From: a candidate division Hyd24-12 bacterium UBA6080
GTDB lineage: Bacteria > Fermentibacterota > Fermentibacteria > Fermentibacterales > JCC-6
Direction of reading: 5' to 3'
Length of the DNA stretch: 64,000 bases
Assembly (NCBI GenBank): GCA_002436025.1
Contig: DIXM01000002.1
Span: 727,164-791,163 of the forward strand
A program made the translations under genes and the position numbers. The notes beneath the pieces were generated by a model, which saw nothing but the letters and a program-made list of their open reading frames with translations, did no database searches and was not told where the DNA came from. Of the stretch, positions 48,954 through 57,907 are shown one piece after another; position 1 is the stretch's first letter; every line of letters begins with the position of its first letter.

Positions 48954-50512
48954 CCGTGGCGTACTGGGCAGCAGTTATCCTTTACAGCATTGCTGTAATG
49001 GGGCTGGGGTGGAAGCTTCGTAAAAGGTCATCCGAAAAGAGCCAGCTTGAGTTCTGGCTCGCAAGCCGCGAGCTGCCGGGATGGAGGCTGGGGGTAAGTC
49101 TTACCGCGGGCTGGCTGATGCTGGGCTGGATCGGGTTCGGCATGTCGCAGGTGTACATGTATGGCGCTTCAGGCCTGTGGATACTTCCCATCCCCTGGAT
49201 CCTTCTCACCTTCATCATCGTCGCGGCTGTGCCGATGATCAGGCGCATTCCCACCATCAGCATACCACAGGCCCTGCAGCGCCGCTTCGGTACCGGAGCC
49301 AGGGTGCTTACGGCCGTGATGTCCTTCGGGGTCTTTCTTTCATGGACACAGGCAGAACTCTTCATGGCTGGAAGCCTGGCCTCACCGTTTCTTGGTGTGC
49401 CGGCATGGATCGCCATGCTTGTGATCGTTGTGCCCGTTCTGTTCTATACATGGTTTGGCGGTTTCCGCGCCATCGTTACAACCGACATCCTGCAGTTCGC
49501 CATCATGGCGCTGTTCATGGTCGTGCTGGCCGTTGCGGCCCTTGATCTTGCCAGAATTGCATCGAATGGTGACATACTCGGCGCACTGCAGGCAGTCACC
49601 CCTCCCTGGGCAGAAGCCGGCGCGGCGGGGAATCTCTGGCTACTCGGCGCATTGTTCCCGATCGTTCTGCTTCTGGGATACCTCCCGGGATGGCTGCTCG
49701 AGCAGGACCTCGTTATCCGCATTCAGGCCGCGCCCTCTGTCAGAGAGGCTCGGAAGGGCGCCTGGCTGGGAGTGTTTCTGATCGGCTTCTTCATCTGCGT
49801 ACTGCCTTCGATAGCAGCCTTCAGCTCGCTGGTGGCCTTTCCACCCGTTGATGGCGCACCGGCAGCGGAAGTGGGTGCCGATGCCCTCGGAATGATCAGC
49901 GCCATTATTGCAGGGCTCCCCGGCTGGCTTTCAATACTGATGGTCCTTGGGCTTGTGGCGTGCCAGATGTCCACAATCGACACATTCAGCAATGTGACCG
50001 CCATGGCCATCGCCCACGACATCGTTGAACCGGCCCTCGTAAAGAGGAAGGCCAGCGCGGCATCAAGGCACACCTGGTCCAAGGTGGTATCAATGATCGC
50101 GATTCTGCTGGCGCTCGTGGCCGCGCTGATCAGCGAGAGACTCGGTGATGTTTACTACATCTCAAGCGGCGTTCTCTCGGCCTGCATCGCGGTTCCTTTC
50201 CTGGCTGCATTCTGGAAGCGCGCGACTTCCGCCGGTATCATTGCCGGGATCCTTCTTGGTCTGGCAGGGTCGATCGGCGGTTACTTCTGGGAGTACTACA
50301 CAATAGCGGAAACATGGGCTGAAGTGCTTCCCGCATGGCTTCAGAACAGCTACGGCTATAACTACCTGGCTCTGGGAGTGATCCTTGCCGCTGCTGGCAC
50401 CGTGCTGGTCAGCCTTCTGACAAGGCATTCCGGCCAGGAACGGCCCGAAGCCGTGCACCCGGCACCTGTTGAATGCAGGAAGGAATTCGCCGACAAGGCG
50501 GAAACCTGGTAG
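48950..50512 (+). CDS. Sodium:solute symporter (SSS) family transporter
   Basis: 13-TM topology with typical SSS N-terminal segment (EFWLASRELPGWRLGVSLTAGWL). Confidence 0.75.
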   Translation: MTVAYWAAVILYSIAVMGLGWKLRKRSSEKSQLEFWLASRELPGWRLGVSLTAGWLMLGWIGFGMSQVYMYGASGLWILPIPWILLTFIIVAAVPMIRRIPTISIPQALQRRFGTGARVLTAVMSFGVFLSWTQAELFMAGSLASPFLGVPAWIAMLVIVVPVLFYTWFGGFRAIVTTDILQFAIMALFMVVLAVAALDLARIASNGDILGALQAVTPPWAEAGAAGNLWLLGALFPIVLLLGYLPGWLLEQDLVIRIQAAPSVREARKGAWLGVFLIGFFICVLPSIAAFSSLVAFPPVDGAPAAEVGADALGMISAIIAGLPGWLSILMVLGLVACQMSTIDTFSNVTAMAIAHDIVEPALVKRKASAASRHTWSKVVSMIAILLALVAALISERLGDVYYISSGVLSACIAVPFLAAFWKRATSAGIIAGILLGLAGSIGGYFWEYYTIAETWAEVLPAWLQNSYGYNYLALGVILAAAGTVLVSLLTRHSGQERPEAVHPAPVECRKEFADKAETW

Positions 50513-50525
50513 AACCTGGTGCGCT

Positions 50526-50568
50526 GACAGGGGGGACTGAACTCTGGTCCCCCCTGTCTCTTTGAAAG
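50526..50568 (+). terminator. Rho-independent terminator after the SSS transporter gene
   Basis: gacaggggggac ... gtcccccctgtc stem followed by tctttgaaagttt. Confidence 0.6.
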
Positions 50569-50596
50569 TTTGGGATTCCCGCAGCTGTGCAAATGA

Positions 50597-51289
50597 TCAG
50601 ATCAACTTCATCAAGATGGCTGATGTAGCAAGCGCGCCGATCACGGATAGAAGGGTACCGACCAGGAAGTACTCGGCAAACTCCCTGCTTTTGTTTATCT
50701 CCGGGAACCGAATCAGCCCTTTTGCGGTAATCACCAGCCCCACAGCGCCAGTGTTTCCGCCCATGAAGAGGATAAGGATGAGCAGGCGCTCGAGTGCTCC
50801 GATTATTCTTCCGGCCTTCAGCTCTTTCTGATCCGGGGTTTCAAGCTCTGACGCAGTACCCAGCTTGGATAGTACAAGTCTGATGATAAGATTGTACTCG
50901 CTCACACTCAGGATACCTGCATTCATTACAAGCCAGAGCTTTTTCCATGGAAAGCCACAGAGGCTGCCGGGAAGCCCCGAGGCAAGCACGAGTGCATCAC
51001 CGGTGGTTCCCCGGAGCAGAAGAACGCTCCCGAAGAGAAGAAGCAGAAGCCTTCTCATGTTTGGACCGTTCTTTGCTTTCCTTCTGTTCAGAAGAGCATC
51101 AATAAGCGGAGGAGATACAAAAGCAAACACAATGAACAGTAACTCCGATTTGAATGAAAATGCAAAAAGTGTCAATAATGGAACAGAAGCAATGAGGATG
51201 AGCCGTTTCGGCTTCAATGGCTGCTCCGAGTGAATCCAGAACACTCTGCTGGAGAGTAGAACGAACATAAGGAAAAGCCCTGTTGTCAC
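50597..51289 (-). CDS. DUF3307-like integral membrane protein (SatC-like partner of SatD)
   Basis: 230 aa, 6-7 TM helices, lower-GC codon usage; start overlaps SatD-like stop by 4 nt. Confidence 0.4.
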   Translation of the reverse strand: MTTGLFLMFVLLSSRVFWIHSEQPLKPKRLILIASVPLLTLFAFSFKSELLFIVFAFVSPPLIDALLNRRKAKNGPNMRRLLLLLFGSVLLLRGTTGDALVLASGLPGSLCGFPWKKLWLVMNAGILSVSEYNLIIRLVLSKLGTASELETPDQKELKAGRIIGALERLLILILFMGGNTGAVGLVITAKGLIRFPEINKSREFAEYFLVGTLLSVIGALATSAILMKLI

Positions 51290-51927
51290 TTCTGCAGTTC
51301 CTCATTCATCAAAACGGTGATCGTGCCCTGCATCCTTGTTGTCAGGTTCAAGTTGCCGTTTCTGATGTTCTGGTAAACTGCTGACTTGGAGATACCCATC
51401 TCACGGTGGATCGAACTTGCATTTTCTCCCCCAAGCAACCTTGCCTGCAGGTCGAGCCTGTTGCGTGACCAGTGTCGGGAGCATTGCATGACAAGGTTCA
51501 AGCTGTCATTTGCCAAGGCAGAGCTTTTGCTTTGCATTCCAGAGATGCAGACAGGAAGCTTGCTCTTCTTCATGAGAACAATGGCATCTCTGGCAAGGTA
51601 GAAGGCCTCTCCATCCATGCCGATAGATGAGCTTGTGTTGATTTCGGTTGAGATTGACCCTATGGCAATGGAGAACCTTAGTTTGTGCGGATGTATGCGA
51701 GCTAGTATTGACCAGAGATCGGAAAACATTCCATCAGCGTTTTTCAGAACAGCCTGGAACTCGTCGCCAAGGGTTATCGTATAGGGTGATACAACACTTT
51801 CCGATCTGGCGTTGACATCACCAAGAGCATGTTTCAACGCGTTTTGCAGTTCCTGCCTGTTTGCTGCTCTGCGTGAATCGACCATGTCGGCGATAACAAC
51901 AAGCCACTTCTTCATGCTTCTGAACAT
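51286..51927 (-). CDS. SatD-like protein with C-terminal sigma-70 region-4-type HTH
   Basis: N-terminal VVIADMVDSRR...SPYTITLGDEFQAVL and C-terminal HREMGISKSAVYQNIRNGNL HTH; in AT-rich islet. Confidence 0.4.
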   Translation of the reverse strand: MFRSMKKWLVVIADMVDSRRAANRQELQNALKHALGDVNARSESVVSPYTITLGDEFQAVLKNADGMFSDLWSILARIHPHKLRFSIAIGSISTEINTSSSIGMDGEAFYLARDAIVLMKKSKLPVCISGMQSKSSALANDSLNLVMQCSRHWSRNRLDLQARLLGGENASSIHREMGISKSAVYQNIRNGNLNLTTRMQGTITVLMNEELQK

Positions 51928-52040
51928 AGCAATTGTTCAAAGATTGTCAACCGATATGCTTCACTTTATGTATAGTGAATCTAAATGCTTCACTATGCAT
52001 GTCGTGAATCAAAGTGCTTCAAAGATGAGTTCTGAATCTG
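51928..52040 (+). promoter_or_regulatory. Three tandem operator-like repeats (TGCTTCA-N10-12-TGAATC, ~27-28-nt period) upstream of the SatD-like gene
   Basis: atgcttcactttatgtatagtgaatc / aaatgcttcactatgcatgtcgtgaatc / aaagtgcttcaaagatgagttctgaatc. Each unit is an imperfect inverted repeat. A partial copy overlaps the start codon. Confidence 0.5.
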
Positions 52041-52077
52041 CCCTGCACCGGAACATCAACCCATTCCAATAGGACAC

Positions 52078-52108
52078 ATGAAAAGGGGGGGCCGAAACCC
52101 CCCCTTCT
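52078..52108 (-). terminator. Rho-independent terminator of the PFOR gene (G7/C7 stem, T-run on minus strand)
   Basis: aaaaGGGGGGGccgaaaCCCCCCC; the minus strand reads CCCCCCCTTTT after the stem. Confidence 0.7.
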
Positions 52109-52122
52109 CAAACACTCCGGGC

Positions 52123-55100
52123 TTACTCCCCGGCGTTCCAGTTCATCTGGGCCATCTGCTCATAGAGATGGAACCGGCGGTTGATCTCGGTCTGGGCCTG
52201 CTTTACAAGCATCTCTCCCCGCTGTGGGTCCTTGTCGAGAAGGACCTTCCAGCGGACTTCTGCCTTTGCAAGCTCGGCGAAGGGTGTGTCGGGCTTCTTG
52301 GAGTCGAGCTGGAGCGGTGACTGACCCTTCTCGATAAGCCTGGGGTCGAAGCGGAAGAGGGGCCAGAGGCCGGTCTTGACCGCGAGCTTCTGCTCGTCCA
52401 TGCCCTTCGTCATGTTGATGCCGTGGGCTATGCAGTGGCTGTAGGCGATGATTATGGAGGGGCCGTCGTAGCTTTCGGCCTCGACGAACGCCTTCACTGC
52501 CTGACCGTAGTTGGCACCCATGGCTATCTGGGCCACGTAGATGTTGCCGTAGGTCATGCTTATCATGGCAAGGTCCTTGCGGGGCATGGGTTTCCCGCTG
52601 GCGGCGAACTTCGCCACGGCGCCCATGGGCGTGGCCTTGGAGCACTGGCCGCCTGTGTTGGAGTAGACACCGGTGTCCAGCACCAGGGCGTTCACGTCCT
52701 TGCCCTGGGCAAGCACATGGTCGAGGCCTCCGTAGCCGATGTCGTACGCCCAGCCGTCGCCGCCCAGGATCCAGACACTGCGCTTCACGAAGTAGTCCGA
52801 AAGGCTCTCGAGCTGACGGGCTTCGGGCGTGTCGATCCCGCCCAGCGCCTTTCTGAGGGCATCAACCCTTTTTCTCTGAGCTTCGATCTCCTCTTCGGAG
52901 ACCTGTGCGCAGTCAAGAAGCCCGGCAACCAGGGCGGAGTCGAGCTGCCCCTTGAACCCCTGAAGAAGCTCGATGGCGAAAGCCGTGAACTTGTCGGCGG
53001 TGAGCCTGAACCCGAAGCCGAACTCGGCTGCGTCCTCGAAGAGGCTGTTGTTCCATGCCGGGCCACGGCCGTCGGCGTTCTTGCAGTACGGGGTGGTGGG
53101 AAGGTTGCCGCCGTAGATGCTGCTGCACCCCGTGGCGTTGGCAATCACGGCCCTGTCGCCGAAGAGCTGGGTGAGGAGCTTCACATAGGGGGTCTCTCCG
53201 CAGCCTGCGCACGCGCCGGAGTACTCGAACAGCGGGCGGAGCAGCTGGCTTCCTTTCACCGAGGCGACATCGACCTTCGAGCGGTCGTAGTCGGGGATGT
53301 CGAGGAAGAACGAGTAGTTTGCGGCCTCGGGTACCCGAAGGGGTATCTGGGGCTCCATGTTGATCGCTTTTCTGCCCTCGACGGCCTTGTTGCGGCCCGG
53401 GCACGCCTCGACGCAGGCGCCGCAGCCCGTGCAGTCTTCAGGGGCGACCTGAACGGTGTAGGAAGAACCCAGGAACTTGCCCTTGCCGTCAATGCTCTTG
53501 AAGGTTGCCGGGGCGCCCTTGAGGCAAGAGGCGTCGTAATGCTTGATGCGTATCGCGGCGTGGGGGCAGACAAGGCTGCAAACACCGCACTGCAGGCAAA
53601 CTGCGGGATCCCACACGGGGATGGAAAGCGCGATGTTCCTCTTCTCGTACTGGGTGGTTCCCGTGGGCCAGGTGCCGTCGGCGGGGATCGAGCTGACGGG
53701 AAGGTTGTCGCCGCGCTGGGCGATGATCTCGGCTGTCACCCGCTGTACGAAGTCGGGGGCGTGGGCGGGAACCGACGGGGGGCGGTTGAAGGTGCTGGTG
53801 ACCTCGCCGGGGTACTTCACCTCGAAGAGGTTGGCAAGGCTGTGATCAACTGCGGCGTAGTTCTTGGCAACGATCTTCTCGCCCTTGCGGCCGTAGGTCT
53901 TCTTGATGGCGCCCTTGATCTTCTCGATGGCCTCGTCCCTCGGGATGACGCCGCTTATGGCGAAGAAGCAGGTCTGCATGATGGTGTTTATCATCACGCC
54001 CATGCCTGTTTCCTGCGCAACCTTGTACCCGTCGATGACGTAGAACTTCAGGCCCTTTTCGATGATGTCCTTCTGAGCCTCGCGGGGAAGGCTGTTCCAG
54101 ACCTCTTCCTTGCCGTAGGGAGTGTTCAGCAGGAAAGTGGCACCCTTGGCCGCGTAACGGAGTATGTCATACTTCTCCATGAACACGGTCTGGTGGCATG
54201 CCACGAAGTCAGCCCTGCCGATGAGGCAGGTCTGACGGATCGGCCTGGGGCCGAACCTGAGGTGGCTCACCGTTATGGCGCCGGCCTTCTTGGAGTCGTA
54301 CACGAAGTAGCCCTGGGCATAGAAGTCGGTGGTCTCGCCGATGATCTTGATGCTGTTCTTGTTCGCGCCCACGGTTCCGTCTGCGCCAAGGCCGAAGAAG
54401 ACGGCCTGATGCATGCCCTGCGATGGTATGCAGAACTCGGGGACGGGAATGCTCGTGTCGGTGAGGTCATCGGTGATGCCCACCGTGAAACCGTGTTTTT
54501 TCGGACCGGCGGCATTGTCGAACACCGCCTTCACCATGGCGGGTGTGAACTCCTTGCTGGAAAGACCGTAACGCCCTCCCAGAACCTTCACGCCGCAGCG
54601 GCCCGATTCCTTGAGGGCGGTGGCGACATCTTTGTAAAGAGGCTCACCTTCGCTGCCGGGTTCCTTGGTGCGGTCGAGCACCGTGACGATCTTGGCGCTT
54701 GCGGGAATTGCGGCGAGAAGGGCGCGGGCGTCGAAGGGACGGTAAAGGCGGACCTTCAGGACTCCGACCTTCGAACCTTCGGCAAGCATGCATTCAACTG
54801 TCTCGTGGGCCGTCTCGCAGCCGGAGCCCATGAGGATGATGATGCTTTCAGCGTCGGGGGCTCCAACGTAATCGAACAGGTGGTACTGGCGGCCGGTGAG
54901 GCCGGCGTAGATGTCCATGTATTCCTGTACGATGCCGGGGGTTGCCGCGTGATACGAGTTCACCGTTTCGCGGCCCTGGAAGTACACATCGGGGTTCTGG
55001 CTGGTGCCGCGGAGAACGGGGCTGTTCGGGTTCATCCCGCGGTGGCGGTGCGCCAGTACCAGCTCGTCGTCGATCATGGCGCGCAGAACGTCGTCGCCGG

Positions 55101-55656
55101 GCATGCTTATCTTCTGAACCTCATGGCTGGTCCTGAAACCGTCGAAGAAGTGGATGAACGGGATCCTGCTGCTGAGCGATGCAGCATGGGCGATTGCGGC
55201 CATGTCGGGCACTTCCTGCACGCTGGCGCTGGAAAGAAGTGCGAACCCGGTGTTGCGCACCGACATCACATCGCTGTGGTCGCCGAAGATGGAGAGGGCC
55301 TGGCAGGCCAGGCTTCTCGCGGAAACGTGGAAGACCGTGGAAGTCAGTTCACCCGCGAGCTTGTGCATCGTGGGGATCATCAGAAGAAGCCCCTGGCTTG
55401 CGGTGAAGGTGGTCGTCAGGGCGCCGGTCTGAAGGGCGCCGTGAACCGAAGCGGCAGCGCCGCCCTCGCTCTGCATCTCCTGCACCAGGGGAACCGTTCC
55501 CCAAATGTTCTTCTTGCCCGCCGCTGACCACTCGTCGGCGTGTTCCCCCATGTTCGAGGAGGGGGTGATGGGATATATGGCAATGACTTCGCTCAGTTTA
55601 TGGGCCACATGGGCAGCAGCTTCATTGCCGTCAATCGTAGTAATGCTATCACTCAC
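52123..55656 (-). CDS. nifJ: Pyruvate:ferredoxin (flavodoxin) oxidoreductase, monomeric NifJ-type
   Basis: 1177 aa. N-terminus MSDSITTIDGNEAAAHVAHKLSEVIAIYPITPSS. Two 4Fe-4S motifs (CLQCGVCSLVCPHAAI, CTGCGACVEACP). TPP-binding GDGW region. Confidence 0.92.
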   Translation of the reverse strand: MSDSITTIDGNEAAAHVAHKLSEVIAIYPITPSSNMGEHADEWSAAGKKNIWGTVPLVQEMQSEGGAAASVHGALQTGALTTTFTASQGLLLMIPTMHKLAGELTSTVFHVSARSLACQALSIFGDHSDVMSVRNTGFALLSSASVQEVPDMAAIAHAASLSSRIPFIHFFDGFRTSHEVQKISMPGDDVLRAMIDDELVLAHRHRGMNPNSPVLRGTSQNPDVYFQGRETVNSYHAATPGIVQEYMDIYAGLTGRQYHLFDYVGAPDAESIIILMGSGCETAHETVECMLAEGSKVGVLKVRLYRPFDARALLAAIPASAKIVTVLDRTKEPGSEGEPLYKDVATALKESGRCGVKVLGGRYGLSSKEFTPAMVKAVFDNAAGPKKHGFTVGITDDLTDTSIPVPEFCIPSQGMHQAVFFGLGADGTVGANKNSIKIIGETTDFYAQGYFVYDSKKAGAITVSHLRFGPRPIRQTCLIGRADFVACHQTVFMEKYDILRYAAKGATFLLNTPYGKEEVWNSLPREAQKDIIEKGLKFYVIDGYKVAQETGMGVMINTIMQTCFFAISGVIPRDEAIEKIKGAIKKTYGRKGEKIVAKNYAAVDHSLANLFEVKYPGEVTSTFNRPPSVPAHAPDFVQRVTAEIIAQRGDNLPVSSIPADGTWPTGTTQYEKRNIALSIPVWDPAVCLQCGVCSLVCPHAAIRIKHYDASCLKGAPATFKSIDGKGKFLGSSYTVQVAPEDCTGCGACVEACPGRNKAVEGRKAINMEPQIPLRVPEAANYSFFLDIPDYDRSKVDVASVKGSQLLRPLFEYSGACAGCGETPYVKLLTQLFGDRAVIANATGCSSIYGGNLPTTPYCKNADGRGPAWNNSLFEDAAEFGFGFRLTADKFTAFAIELLQGFKGQLDSALVAGLLDCAQVSEEEIEAQRKRVDALRKALGGIDTPEARQLESLSDYFVKRSVWILGGDGWAYDIGYGGLDHVLAQGKDVNALVLDTGVYSNTGGQCSKATPMGAVAKFAASGKPMPRKDLAMISMTYGNIYVAQIAMGANYGQAVKAFVEAESYDGPSIIIAYSHCIAHGINMTKGMDEQKLAVKTGLWPLFRFDPRLIEKGQSPLQLDSKKPDTPFAELAKAEVRWKVLLDKDPQRGEMLVKQAQTEINRRFHLYEQMAQMNWNAGE

Positions 55657-55671
55657 TGAAACACCAGCCTT

Positions 55672-57027
55672 CTAGTACATTTTTCCAAAGGTGCGCGGGA
55701 AGGGGATGACGTCGCGTATGTTCTCCATTCCCGAGAGATACATGAGAAGCCTTTCAAATCCCAGTCCAAAGCCGGCATGGGGGGCGGTACCCCACCTGCG
55801 AAGCTCGAGATACCACGAGTAAACCGAGAGATCGAGCCCCTGGGCCACTGCCCTGTCCGTGAGGACGGGAAGCCGGTGTTCCCTCTGGCTTCCCCCGACT
55901 ATCTCCCCCACCCCGGGAACCAGGAGGTCACAGGCGGCCACGGTCTTTCCGTCAGGGTTCATGAACATGTAGAAGGGCTTCATGGAAGCGGGGTAATCCG
56001 TAACGAACACGGGACGGCCGAAGTGCTTTTCCGCAAGATACCGTTCATGCTCGGTTGCCAGATCGTCCCCCCAGGATGGAACCGAGGAGAAAACACCGGA
56101 GGTCGAGCCCAGAATACTGATGGCCTCGGTGTAGCTCACCCTCGCGAAACCCTCCTCAAGCGTCCTGTATCGATCCCCAAGCCCCTTCTCGTAGTGTTCC
56201 GAGAAGAAGGCGATGTCCGCTGCGCACTTCTCGCTCAGGTAAGAGGCGCAGAACTTCACGAACCTCTCGATAAGGGCGATGTTGTCATCGAGGTCGTAGA
56301 ACGCCATCTCGGGTTCGATCATCCAGAACTCGGCCGCGTGGGTTCTTGTGTCTGACGGGTCGGCCCTGAACGTGGGACCGAACGTGTAGACCTTCCCCAG
56401 TGACAGGGCGAACGGTTCGGCTTCGAGCTGGCCGCTGACGGAGAGGAATGATTTGCGCCGGAAGTAGTCTTGGTCGAAATCGGCGCAACCCGCGGGAAGC
56501 GTGGTGACCCGGAAGGTCTCTCCCGCGCCCTCGCAGTCGCTCTCGGTGATGATCGGGGTGTGGATGTGGTAGAAGCCCTCGGTGTCGAAGAACCTGTGGA
56601 TGGCGAGGGACAGGTGATGGCTCATCCTGAAGACTGCCCCGAAGGTGTTCGTCCGGGAGCGGAGGTGGGGCATGGTGCGAAGGAAGTCGAGTCCATGCCT
56701 TTTCTTCTGAAGCGGGAAATCGGTGTCGACAGGCCCGACCACCTGAAGCGACCGGGCAGCAAGCTCAACGGCCTGTTCGCCCGAGCTTTCAACGACCGTT
56801 CCAGTGACGCACACGCAGGCCCCCGCCTGAAGCCCGGCAAGTGATTCGTCACCGAATGCTTCACGGTCGAACACGACCTGGAGGTTCTGAACCGAGGAAC
56901 CGTCATTCAGCGCGGCGAAGGCCACGTTCTTCCCGGAGCGGGAAGTCCTGACCCATCCGTAAATTGTGACAGTCGTTCCGGTGGACCCACCGGAGAGAAC
57001 CTTGTCTATACCAGTGCGCTGAATCAT
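55672..57027 (-). CDS. asnS: Asparagine--tRNA ligase
   Basis: Class II aaRS motifs; GEIVGGSQREHR and GFGLGFERLLMY...VIPFPRT match AsnRS rather than AspRS. Confidence 0.88.
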   Translation of the reverse strand: MIQRTGIDKVLSGGSTGTTVTIYGWVRTSRSGKNVAFAALNDGSSVQNLQVVFDREAFGDESLAGLQAGACVCVTGTVVESSGEQAVELAARSLQVVGPVDTDFPLQKKRHGLDFLRTMPHLRSRTNTFGAVFRMSHHLSLAIHRFFDTEGFYHIHTPIITESDCEGAGETFRVTTLPAGCADFDQDYFRRKSFLSVSGQLEAEPFALSLGKVYTFGPTFRADPSDTRTHAAEFWMIEPEMAFYDLDDNIALIERFVKFCASYLSEKCAADIAFFSEHYEKGLGDRYRTLEEGFARVSYTEAISILGSTSGVFSSVPSWGDDLATEHERYLAEKHFGRPVFVTDYPASMKPFYMFMNPDGKTVAACDLLVPGVGEIVGGSQREHRLPVLTDRAVAQGLDLSVYSWYLELRRWGTAPHAGFGLGFERLLMYLSGMENIRDVIPFPRTFGKMY

Positions 57028-57202
57028 TGCAGGACCCTCCATGGAAAAGGAAAGAGATTCAATATCCTGAATCTACCACTTCGGGGCAACGGATGGGGAG
57101 GGCGGAGCCGGGAATGCAGGGTTACGTCAAACGGGGTTCTTTTTTAGAATAGGAGCCTGTGAAACGGGGTCAACCCATTGATTTGCAGGGGGACGGCCTG
57201 AG

Positions 57203-57895
57203 ATGAGCTACTTGCAGTACACATGCGGAAACTGCGGAAAACCCACCAGCCGTTCCGATTCCCGGTGCCCGCACTGCGGCGTTGCCTTCGGTGGTGTTCA
57301 CTGCAAGAACTGCGGATACAACGGGGCAGCATCGGAGTTCAGGAACGACATCTGCCCGAAGTGCGGCAGGAACGCATACACGGGCCGGAAAGCCCCGCAG
57401 GTTCACAAGGAACTCACTCCGCAGGACAATGCCCGGAATGCCGGCTGCATGGTGGTTCTGGCCGTTGTGCTTATTGCTTCGGGTCTGCTCTTTGGACTGG
57501 GCTCGGGATGCAGGGGCGTTCTTGTCGTCATGGGGGCGATTTGCCTCGTTGCAGTTATCCCGTTCGCCCTTGGCGCAATGGACAGGAAGCCCTCTCAGCC
57601 CGAAAAACCCGGGAGCAGGCCGGAACCGCCCAAAAGACCCGCTCCCATCCAGCCAACTATCACAAGCTTTGCCCCCTGCCCCTTCCCCCAGTTCCCTTCA
57701 ACCGGCTGGAAAGACCCCATATCGGGCGGATTCTTCGTGCCGCACCCAATGAGCTGGAACTCGGGCGTCAGAAGCGCCAATGATGGTATGACCAAGTTCA
57801 TCATGTCTGGTGAGATGAACGGACGCTTCTTCTACGCCCATTTCAGCAGGGAAGGGACGATCTGGAAGGCGATGATAGACGATTACCTGCCGTGA
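57203..57895 (+). CDS. Zinc-ribbon-containing membrane protein, hypothetical
   Basis: CGNCGK...CPHCG, CKNCGY...CPKCG double zinc ribbons, one TM helix, Pro-rich linker. Confidence 0.4.
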   Translation: MSYLQYTCGNCGKPTSRSDSRCPHCGVAFGGVHCKNCGYNGAASEFRNDICPKCGRNAYTGRKAPQVHKELTPQDNARNAGCMVVLAVVLIASGLLFGLGSGCRGVLVVMGAICLVAVIPFALGAMDRKPSQPEKPGSRPEPPKRPAPIQPTITSFAPCPFPQFPSTGWKDPISGGFFVPHPMSWNSGVRSANDGMTKFIMSGEMNGRFFYAHFSREGTIWKAMIDDYLP

Positions 57896-57907
57896 GAGGG
57901 GAATCCG

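Noticed and set aside
52423-55527. 1034-aa ORF on the plus strand
   Set aside because: It is antisense to the well-supported PFOR gene. The Gly/Ala/Arg-rich translation is typical of spurious antisense ORFs in high-GC DNA.
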